Shown here in pieces: positions 53,957 through 64,000 of a stretch of 64,000 nt of DNA; position 1 is the stretch's first letter; each line of letters starts with the position of its first letter. The notes beneath the pieces were generated by a model that worked only from the letters and a program-made list of their open reading frames with translations, searched no databases and had not been told where the DNA came from. The translations under genes were made by a program, and so were the position numbers. The DNA comes from Octopus vulgaris. Taxonomy: Eukaryota. The stretch is taken from contig OX597825.1 of assembly GCA_951406725.2 (NCBI GenBank), positions 85,002,001-85,066,000 of the forward strand. Reading direction: 5' to 3'.

Positions 53957-54250
53957 CTATTATTTTTATTATTATTGCCTGTGCACAGCTACTAACGCTG
54001 GAGATGTACGACCAGTGAACTAAGGTAACTCCTCTTATTTTTCGAACACCATCCGTAATATTCGAGCGGTTCCAAGCAATGCAGTTATCTGCAAGTGTTC
54101 CACCCTTATTGCAGCCCCTATTTGTTTCACGTACCTCTCGAGATTTTTGCTCAGTTTCCAGGGCTCCGACAATTATGGGTACTACTGCTAACTTTTTTAC
54201 ATCGACCACAACTGCTTAAATTCCCAAGCTAACCTCTCATATCTACCGTC
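53957..54250 (-). mobile_element. R4/Dong-type LINE 3' end (restriction-like endonuclease C-terminus)
   Basis: Minus strand with frameshifts: RYERLAWEFKQLWS / KKLAVVPIIVGALET / KNLERYVKQIGAAIRVEHLQITALLGTARILRMVFEK*. Short 3' UTR ending in taataata. Confidence 0.88.
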
Positions 54251-54289
54251 ATTATTATTATTATCATCACCATCATCATCATCATTATC

Positions 54290-54321
<32 letters not shown>

Positions 54322-54359
54322 ATTGTGTGTGGGCGTGAGTGTGTAAGTGTGTGTGTATG

Positions 54360-54530
54360 TTTGTGTGCCTGTTAGTCTCCCCTCCAACATCGCTTCACAA
54401 CCGATGCTGGTGTGTTTACGTCGCCGTAACTTAGCGTTTCGGCAAAAGAGACCGCTCGCATAAGTACTAGGCTTACAAAGAACAAGTCATGGGGCCGCAG
54501 TCAAATGACTGAAATAAGTAAAAGAGCAAA
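54360..54530 (+). mobile_element. SINE family 1, 3' half
   Basis: caaccgatgctggtgtgtttacgtcgccgtaacttagcg...cagtcaaatgactgaaataagtaaaagag. Confidence 0.8.
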
Positions 54531-54669
54531 ATATACATATATTCATACATATATACTTTATTAGTTAATTAGATATAGATATGTGTCTAATCAATGCTGT
54601 TTTTTCCAATTGCAATTAATACCGGTAATCTAGCGACGCTTCTAATGACTATCTTTGATTAATAAGAAT

Positions 54670-55060
54670 AGAAAAAGAAAACTTGCAATTACAGACAAGT
54701 GAAATGAACAATCGGTACAGTTGTTTCCTGGTTGTCTGCTAAGTGCATCAGATACACTCCACAATCCTCTTAGAGGACACATGTCCTCTTCTTCAACGGG
54801 AAACACGAAAGTGTTTCGATTTTTGGCTTTCTGTTTTCGTTTACAACTTGTCTGTAGGTCAGGCGGAAAGCCAGAATGTACCAAAACTGAAGATACCTAC
54901 TGCGAAAATAATGAAGTCATTAGTAAATACCTGATTAGTTTGGAACAGTGCCAGTACCATAATCGAACAGGAAAGAACCACAACAGTGAGAAATCTGAAA
55001 TTCTGTATATGATTGCAATTGCCTCAGGTTATGAGAAAAATAGTGTCCTCTGGATTTTTT
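54670..55060 (-). mobile_element. Possible piggyBac C-terminal remnant
   Basis: NNCTDCSFHLSVIASF resembles C..C...LC...CF; upstream TLFFS*PEAI resembles the W...LF..L..A..N motif. Confidence 0.35.
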
Positions 55061-55159
55061 AGTGATGTTCCTATTCTCTGGGATAAGTTGAATTCTGTTA
55101 GACTAAATCTTATAGAAATCATTATTATTTCTTTACTATTAAATACGCTATACTGCGAC

Positions 55160-55360
55160 AATCTGGTAGAATCGGTCGCGCGCCGGACAAGATGTTTTGT
55201 GCGTATTTCGTCGTCTTTATGTTCTCTGTTCAAATTGTTTTTCATCTTCAAATTGTTTTTCATCTTCAAATTGTTTTTCATAAGTACAACTTGAACCTGG
55301 GGTCCATATTTGACCCCTATCCCACCTCAGCTGGTGACCTTGTACCAAAATCGAAACCAT
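55160..55360 (+). mobile_element. SINE family 2 copy containing an 18-bp triple tandem repeat
   Basis: Head ctggtagaatcggtcgcg...; ttcaaattgtttttcatc x3 at 55229-55281. Confidence 0.7.
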
Positions 55361-55477
55361 AATTTCTTTGGAAACAATTCGAACTTTGTACTAGTCGATA
55401 CCTCGTAGAAGCCAAGCTGTATATACTGCCAAAGTCGGTCCTACTCCATATTTAAATAAATTTATTTGAAATTTTAG

Positions 55478-55507
55478 GTCTTTCCATTATTTTGTCCAAC
55501 CCCTGTA
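55478..55507. mobile_element. Isolated Tc1/mariner-type right TIR with TA
   Basis: Reverse complement TA-CAGGGGTTGGACAAAATAATGGAAA; no partner TIR found nearby. Confidence 0.55.
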
Positions 55508-56272
55508 TTTATGGGCTGCTTGTATCACTGAATTAAAACCTACCTTCATTAAGCAATAGAAGACACCACAGCGAATCTTACAATTTTAAATATTTCGTAT
55601 CGGAAATTTCAGTTAAAATTACACATTACCTAATTTCATTATATATCAGTTCAGTGTCAAGAAATACTTTTCAACGGATTTCGTGAGGATGATTATCTCT
55701 GCTTTGGACAAACACACGAACACGTGATGCTGGATTAAGATAAAGCTGACATCGAAACATTAGTGAGAAATAGTTTTCTTCAAACGGCCATCTAAAAATG
55801 AAATATAAGGCCTCAGGTATTGAGACATAGAACCGTCATACGATAGCAACTATCACTGCATCGATACACTGTAGCACTGTTATTTACCAAACATATAGAA
55901 GATTCTTACGTTTCTTTTCCACTGTCTTCATATAAAATATAAAATTGATAATTGAGTAAAAGACATAATCGATAATTGGATAAGCTCCGATACATGAATT
56001 GATTTTATTATTTAATATATTTAAAATTCAAGTCAAGAAATATTGGATATACAGTTTGAAATCATAGAATATCTTAGACATATACATACACATTTCAATC
56101 TCTACGCACATGCATATAAACATAGGGAAACGTACGTATACATGTGATGTGAACACACACACACACACATACACACACACACGTATGTCTTAAACATATC
56201 AAGCTTAATTTATATAGGATATATGACATATATATATATGTATGTGTGTATGCATGTATGTATGTATGTATG

Positions 56273-56332
<60 letters not shown>

Positions 56333-56358
56333 GATAATAATATTAATTTATACATATA

Positions 56359-56394
<36 letters not shown>

Positions 56395-56580
56395 TGTATG
56401 TATGTATGTATGTATGTAGATATATATATATATGCATGTATGTGTGTATGTATGTATGTATGTGTATGTATGTATGCATGTATGTGTATGTATGTATGTA
56501 TGTATGTATGTATGTATGTATGTATGTATGTATGTATGTATGTATGTATGGAATAATTACTATGAAGCATTGTGTAGAAT

Positions 56581-56833
56581 ATATTGTATAAAAGATGGTG
56601 GGTAAAGCCAAAAACAATGCGAAGTAAATGCAAGATAAATCACAAGAAAGCAAATTATGAATTAATGTTGCTGGTGTGCGTGTCTGTCAAGAACATCGTT
56701 TATTTTCCTGAAAATGGGGTCATAACCCCGAAATATTAAAAACAAAGTAAATCTATATTAATTCATATATTTGTTTTCTTGCGATTTACCTTGCATTTAC
56801 TTCGCATTGGTTTGGCTTTGTCCACGATCTTTT

Positions 56834-56840
<7 letters not shown>
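56581..56840 (+). mobile_element. PLE-type element: about 85-bp imperfect inverted repeat enclosing a hammerhead-like motif
   Basis: 56581-56666 pairs with 56757-56840. The loop contains CUGAAAA-U-GGGG-ucauaa-CCCC-GAAA-UAUU (56708-56738). Ends in (TA)n. Confidence 0.7.
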
Positions 56841-56889
<49 letters not shown>

Positions 56890-56922
56890 TGTATATGTAT
56901 CTGTATATATATGCATATATAC

Positions 56923-56993
<71 letters not shown>

Positions 56994-58338
56994 TATATAC
57001 ATATATATATATATATGCATGCATGTATGTATGTAAGTATGTATGTGTCTATACGTGTGTGTGTGTGTGAATTTGTGGTTCGTGTGCAAGCATGTATATA
57101 TACAGGAATGTATGGCAGTTTGTGTATTAGCATGTATCTATGTATGTGCAGTATCTATGTATGCATGTAGTCATATAGTGATACAGAGATACGCAGATAC
57201 ATTCAATACGTATTTGTTCTCTTATCGCTGGTTCGAAAAGTATTATCCAAGAAAACACGTTTGTATATAGTAACAGGAATAAGTGAAGCTTCCACTATTC
57301 AGTTCAAAAGGGACATCTTTTATGAATCGTGGATCTTGTTAGTGTGTGTTTGACGTGGAACAGGAGAGAAAGGACACGCTGAACAAAAGGCAAAATTGAT
57401 GAGGAATGAAGTGGAAAGGAGAATAGAAAAAAGTAGAACCATTGATAGACAGAATCAAATGCTGTGAAGCTGAAAGATTGTGGGGTCGCGAGGTGAGATG
57501 TTTTAAAGAGGCGTGTCGTTGTTGCGTTTCAGCTGTTGTGTATAGATTCACAATTAAAGGCATATTTTTCGCGAATAAGGATCAGAAGTGGAACCCACAA
57601 GGATTGATTGTGGTGGTGGTGGTGGTGGTGGTGGTGGTGGTGGTGGTTATGTGTGTGATGGTTCAAGTGTATTTTGCAAACCTAAGAGAGAGGCAGAGAG
57701 GAAAAGGCATGTTGATAGACAAAAAAAAAAACAGAGACGGAAGCAGAGAGGAACTGAATAATGAAAATCTTTTAGAGATTCTCTTCGACGGATATTAAGT
57801 CAAATTATTTTCTCCATTTCTTAAAAATATCCCTAAATATCTTACCGATTTTTTTTACATTCTCGTTATACATTTTTATGCGCACCAATGCATATATATG
57901 TGCTCAAATGTATATGTGCATGTGAGTGTGTGTGTGTGAGTGTGTGTGTTTGGGTATGAGTGTGAGGGATGTGTGTGTGACTACCTGTGTCTGCATGTGT
58001 CACACAAGTACTGAATTTTGTTAGAAAGACCCGTATAATAAGATTTCTTCTGAGACGAGGACATGAAAAGGGAAACACCCCGTAGCAAATTATGCAGACT
58101 TCGCAATGTATAGAGCTTCGTATATATATACATACATCTTACATACACACACAAATATATATATTATATATAAAGGGTACCGCCCTTTTACACGTACACT
58201 ATACACACATATACACACAGAAACATACACACGCAAACACACACACATGTATGTAGATATATGTAGATATATGCGTGTATATATATGTATATATATATGT
58301 GTGTATGTATATATACATATATATATACGTATATATGA

Positions 58339-58375
<37 letters not shown>

Positions 58376-58430
58376 TATGTGTCTGTGTGTGTGTGTGTGT
58401 GTATGTGTGTGTGTATATATATACAAACAA

Positions 58431-58461
<31 letters not shown>

Positions 58462-59396
58462 CACTGGCCATTCCCACAACTAATGTTGTTCAAAAAATTG
58501 AGCACATTTCTCTACATCTTCATTAAAAAAAAAAGACTCTCTCTTCTGAACAGTAAGCCAACTATCGTAAAAAGCCGAATATAAAAGACAAAAAAAAAAT
58601 GGAAACCACAACGTGATGTTTTCTCTGTAAACAAGTAGTTGTTTGCTACAAATGCAGATCTTTGTTTCATGTGTTTACAATAGGAAATGTGATTTTTCTT
58701 GCTAAGGCGATTTCTTCTTGTTTTTTTTTTTGTGTGTGTGTAATTGATGTTTGTACGACACACCGTACTTTCCATTAATGTCTGTTGTATCTAATTTCTA
58801 AACGACGTCCAGTGCTATCACACAACTCATTCTCGTTGAATGTTTATTAATTGTGAGTTTGTGCTGCGAAAGATGCCTGTGCGTAAAATACTCGCTAATG
58901 AAGGTAATTTGGTGGACACAGAAAAATATAGAAAAACTGAAAATGAAAAGCGCAAAAAAGGATTTGTGAATAAGGTAATGAGGTACAAGAAATTGGAGAG
59001 GGTTGTCAGGAGGTTTGCAGTGGAGAGGGGTAAAGAAATAGAATTAAAAGAATCGAGAACCAAGGACAATTCACAGTTTGCGTAGAGACTAGTCGGTATA
59101 TTCAATGAGCTACAATAAGTCGGTTTCTGCTGCTGCTGCTACTATTACTACTATTACTAGTCGTAGTAGTAGCATTAGTAGTATTAGTAGTAGTAGTATT
59201 TGTAGTAGTAGGAGTAGTAGTAGTAGCAGCAGTAATAGTAGTGGTAGTTGTAGTAGCAGTAGTAGTAGTAGTAGTAGTAGTTATTGTAGTAATAGCAGAA
59301 GCAGCAGGAACCGGTTTATTGTAGTAGTAATAGTAGTAGTAGCTGTAGTAGCAGCAGCAGCAGTAGTAATACTACTACTACTACTACTACTACTAC

Positions 59397-59439
<43 letters not shown>

Positions 59440-59449
59440 CAAACAACAC

Positions 59450-62350
59450 AGCTGCCAATCCACATAAAGAAAATATGTTGTAGAATCCATCAGGTCCGAA
59501 AGGGACAATCTTTGCGAAACGAAATAAAATATATATGTAATGTAACAGATGTGAAGACACGTATAAACAATGAGGTCTAACATGACAGAAATATCACATC
59601 AAAACCTTGTCAAACAGAAAGAAAACAAAACATTACAAGAAGAGACATGAGTAATCTCCAAGAGTCTGACCCATGGATACAAACTTAGCCGTCACAAAAT
59701 ATCACAAGTGACTCCACGTTCAACAATGAACAGAACATAAAATACATCACATCAGAATAATCAGTCAACAATACAGAGAATATGTGAGAAGCAGTAGAGA
59801 ACATGTAGTAGGGACATCAGTCAGGTGGAGTATTTAAACGATAGCTCGACATGCGAGAAATAGCAGTAAGGTCACACGCAAAATCTTCCACAAAGAAATT
59901 AAAAACTTTGAGTAATGTGGTTTTGAGGAACTTGTAAAAGAAAAATACAATGGTCATTGTTTGTTTAAGAAATATCTTTGAACACAGGTCTTCTGTACGA
60001 GAGCTACACGAAATACCACCAAACTATACATAAATATTTTACACAAAATACTGGCGAAAATCACAAAGTTTCTTCTAAGATATTATTTCCAGAGAACCTC
60101 AAAAGCCCTTAAGTAACTTGCATTTTACTCATTATCTGTGGCGGAAACAAGGACACAATCATTATTAAGGGCCTTTTCGGTGAAGCTCACCAAATACTTG
60201 TCAAACTATATTATACAAAATGTTTATCAGCAAAATTATTTATGCAGCGATGGATAAAGGTAAGAAGGAAGTGAGTTGAAACGAGAATGGAAAAAAGAAG
60301 GAAATTTTAAGAAAATATAATATCAAGAATCAAGACGACTCACTGGAGGTAAAAAAATAGTTTAAAGAAATTCATCTTAGCAACAAAAATGCTGAATAAG
60401 AAATTTGTAAAATCTAATGTTTTTCTTTCACGTGAAAAAAGAAAAAGGAATTCGAAACGGAAGCAAAAATCTTGTACGGAGACATCAGCAAAGAGAAAAA
60501 CACAGAATGACACATTAACATCACAAATAAATAAAACCGAAGATGACATACCAACATTATAAACAAATAGCAACATTATAAACACGTATGTATGTAACCA
60601 ATACATATATCACAATAAATATATACTGCTGATTATGGATAAAAGTAAATGGCTGTTATGGGCATGGACTGGAATAAATTAATAGAGTAAAAATTATTAT
60701 CTAGTAATTCTAGAAACTTCCATAAATGGCTACATTATTCTAGCTACATTATCATCTGATATTTATGAATATTAGGCAGCTAATTATTAAACATGCCATA
60801 TAACACAGAAGAAAATAATACAAATATCCAAAATTAAAATATCCTAATGACTTCTGTTTACCAAAAATAAAGAAAGACCGATTTCCTGTATTCTGTATAG
60901 TAATTTGCCTAAAGGCTTAGAAGTGTTGTTGAAACCGAATATATTGTTATGAAAACAAAAGCAAGCATTATCGAACCTGGTTATTAGTGTACACAGCAAA
61001 AGAAACTAAAAACTATGAATGACTGGGACTGATTAGCGACAAGAAAATCACTGATTTTATAATCATGGATATTGGCGATGTTTCGGGGTAAAGGAAGTAG
61101 TTTCAACAGCCAAGATAAATCGTGTTGCAATAGGATTGAAAAAGAAATGAGTAGAATTTTCTTAGGTATACGATGAATCGTAAGACATCCGGTGGACGAA
61201 TTATAAATCAATTCATTTCCTTCGATGAAATAAAACTATTTACCAGCAGGCAATTCTCAGCTGGAACACGTATTAAAACTGCTCGTGAATTCGGTTTTGG
61301 TATCAAAGTAAATACTGAGTTACGCAACTATGCCATATTACTAAAAAAATTATGTAAATAGAAAAAACTGGAAAGATTATATTCAATGCCTGAAACTCAA
61401 GAACTAGAATTAAACCGACACCACACTAGAATAAAAAAGAATCAGTCAACTATTTATAGATCAAACTGAATGCCAGTCATGGCATAAAAGGTATGACTAC
61501 AGTAGCCATTCCAATCATAGAATAATATTCAGTATAATACAGGGTGTTCTAAAAGTCTCTTTGCAGTATTTTATTGCAAAATAAATATTTATAAGATGGT
61601 ATAAGACTACAAAAGAATATATTAGACTTTACAAGACTTTAAAAAACTTCCTAAGAAATGCTGAAAGTGTTGTGCTTCAAGTCAGGTGATCTTGGTAGCC
61701 AGAGTCCCTTCGAAATAACCCGTCGATCGAAAAATTCACAGCAGAGGGACTCTTTGAGCATCGTATGTACTGGAGGTTTGACCAATAATCTCAAAGATGA
61801 CTCGATTTATTGAGGGTAAAAACTGCATTCTAATGCAGAAAGGATTCGAATATTACTACACGTCTTGGAGGTTGGAATTTTGTCTGATACAAACATAATT
61901 ATTTCAACGTGTCTAATATTTCAGGATACTTAACCGTACAGGGTACCTAATATAAGAGAGGGACGAAAATTTGGTAACTCTTGGGAAGAACCACATTTAG
62001 ATTAACAAAAGAAATTTTAAAACAAAATATGAAAGGAAATATATTAAAATAAACCTGAAAGAATATGAAAGGAAGAGAGAAAAATCCCTCTTTCGCGATT
62101 ATACTACATGAGGTAATACAAAGATATTCTGTCAGCATAATAGGTAAGAATGGCTGAAAAGCACTGGACTATAGCCAGAAAAGGAAGATCAAGTGATAGT
62201 TCTTTAAGTTCAAAGTCAAAAGAGAATCTTTTCAACCAAATTCTAATGAGACGGGCCAACATTAATTCAGGGCTTTGTAATCAACAAAAACAAACGGCTT
62301 TCAATATTATTGGACACCCTGTTCTTCCACACAGTTTGTGTGTGTGTTTG

Positions 62351-62394
<44 letters not shown>

Positions 62395-62511
62395 AGAGAG
62401 AGAGAGAGATAGAGAGATATATAGATAAATAGATAGATATAGATGTAGATACATACACATATACATTTACATATCTATGTATATACATGTATATTTGTGT
62501 ATGTATACGTA

Positions 62512-62563
<52 letters not shown>

Positions 62564-63110
62564 TGTGTGTGTGTGTGTATACACACGCACAAACATACAC
62601 ACACACTCACGCTCACGCATATGTATACATATGTCCTAACAGATATGTCCACTTTGGCGATATACCAAGAGAATGACATGAACAAATAACAAATAACAAC
62701 GCATTATAATGATAGACCGGGCGCAGTGTATAACAATGGTGTGACTACAGCAATCTAAGATACACTTATACAAACTGACAGGGAGATGAAAGCGAACCGC
62801 CCAGATGAAATAATCAAAGAATACAATGAAAATCTTCGTACGTCATCATCCTTTTTCCTGACCAAAACATATTTCCAAAGCTTAAAAATAGAAAATAATT
62901 GACCAAAATATTGAACCAAAAGAAACCGAAAACTGTTTCAGTTCTAGGAACTTTAAATGATACGAGTTTGAAAAAGAGTAAAATCAAATAAAGTCATAGT
63001 TGCACTCGGTTGTTGTAGCTACAGACAAAAGCATAAAATCTCTACAAAGGCTGCCATATTTACAAATTTATAACGGCCCCACAAGATATTGTCCGAATAA
63101 TCTTCTCCCA
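59450..63110 (+). mobile_element. Long decayed R4/Dong-type LINE interrupted by later insertions
   Basis: Ordered motifs: INQFISFDEIKLF (cf. INHLLYMDDLKLY; ORF 61173-61361), KLNASHGIKGMTTVAIPII (cf. LN..N.I.AIN..A.PV; about 61460-61520), then after the insertions DTLIQTDREMKANRPDEIIKE (RLE PD motif; about 62760-62820). The 5' boundary is uncertain. Confidence 0.75.
61548..62322. mobile_element. Internally deleted Tc1/mariner-superfamily element(s) inserted at TA inside the LINE
   Basis: TA-CAGGGTGTTCTAAAAG at 61548 and ttattggacaccctg at about 62307-62321. Minus strand PVHTMLKESLCCEFFDRRVISKGLWLPRSPDL (cf. RVIS.G.WPPRSPDL) at about 61678-61775. A third TA-CAGGGT at about 61937 suggests two elements. 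Confidence 0.7.
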
Positions 63111-63424
63111 AAATAATTCTTAGTCCGAATGATCTCCTCACGAATACTCAAAAGAATTTGCCAACCCTCAATGTTGCAATGTCGACAACTCCAGTTATTA
63201 TAATATATGCCACTCAAATACTTTGTAACGAAGTTTTACATTAAAATAGAAATGATTGAAATATAACAAAACGCATTTTTTAACTTATATGAATTTATTT
63301 CCCTCCACACAAAACATAACGATGTTCAGAAATATGAAAATAATTCAAGAGGTCGATTAAAGACTTGTTGGAACCTATTGAAAAAAAAAATACAGCGATA
63401 ATATTAATGCTAGAACCAATAAGC

Positions 63425-63870
63425 CTTTCTACTTTTGGCACAAGGCCTAACATTTGGGAAAGGGGAGTAATTGATTACATCGATCCTAGTAGCCGAGTGG
63501 TACTTGATTTATCGAACCCAAAAGGATGAAGGGCAAAGTCGACCTCGGCGGAATTTGAACTCAGGACGTAAACGGGTGAAATATCGTAACGGACTTCAAG
63601 CAGCGTGCTAACGTTTCTAACATATCACTGCCTTATAATGCTGTTACTAATAATGATAATAGATTCACATTTTAGGCAACAATCTTGTGGGGAAGGGGTT
63701 GGTTGTTCCTGTCACTTTTAGTATTTGATTGATACTTTAGTTCGTCGACCTCCAATGCTGAAAGGCAAAGCTGAGTGTGGTTGTATTGAAACTCAGAACA
63801 TAAACATCTGGATGGCGTGAGTTTCAGCAGTATGTCGTTGCAATACGATGCTGTTGGATCGCCCCCTTAA
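63425..63870 (-). mobile_element. Two tandem SINE family 2 copies (about 63425-63635 and 63665-63870)
   Basis: ggatgaagggcaaagtcgacctcggcggaatttgaactcagg and a more decayed second copy. Confidence 0.8.
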
Positions 63871-64000
63871 TAACAACAACAACAACCACGACAATTACAA
63901 CAACAATAACAATAATAATGGATGAAATAAAGATTTATGCGGAAAATGAGAAACATTTTGTAAGTACACACTGTTCTCATTTTCTCAAATGATGCAGATG

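Noticed and set aside
55229-55281. Triple 18-bp repeat as a CRISPR-like array
   Set aside because: Contiguous tandem units with no spacers, inside a SINE in eukaryotic DNA.

Overview
AT-rich, microsatellite-saturated eukaryotic non-coding DNA. The SINE families look like those of octopus (coleoid cephalopod); this is my inference and was not verified by search. I find no credible host protein-coding gene, tRNA, rRNA or CRISPR array. Nearly all listed ORFs are translations of (TA)n, (CA)n, (TACA)n or trinucleotide repeats. The window is a layered graveyard of mobile DNA: at least four tRNA-derived SINE families, decayed R4/Dong-type and CR1-like LINEs, Tc1/mariner, hAT and probable piggyBac relics, and many Penelope-like element (PLE) remnants. 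The most interesting signal is a set of about ten minimal hammerhead-ribozyme-like motifs, most with palindromic stem III, from several unrelated short PLE-type elements that abut (TA)n tracts. Some sit in inverted-repeat arrangements, and two families have non-canonical cores. Three independent remnants of a CxCx5C-type (Naiad-like) GIY-YIG endonuclease are also present, one with TGA at a conserved Cys position. Element boundaries are approximate unless a TSD or TIR is given. All alignments and translations were done by eye.
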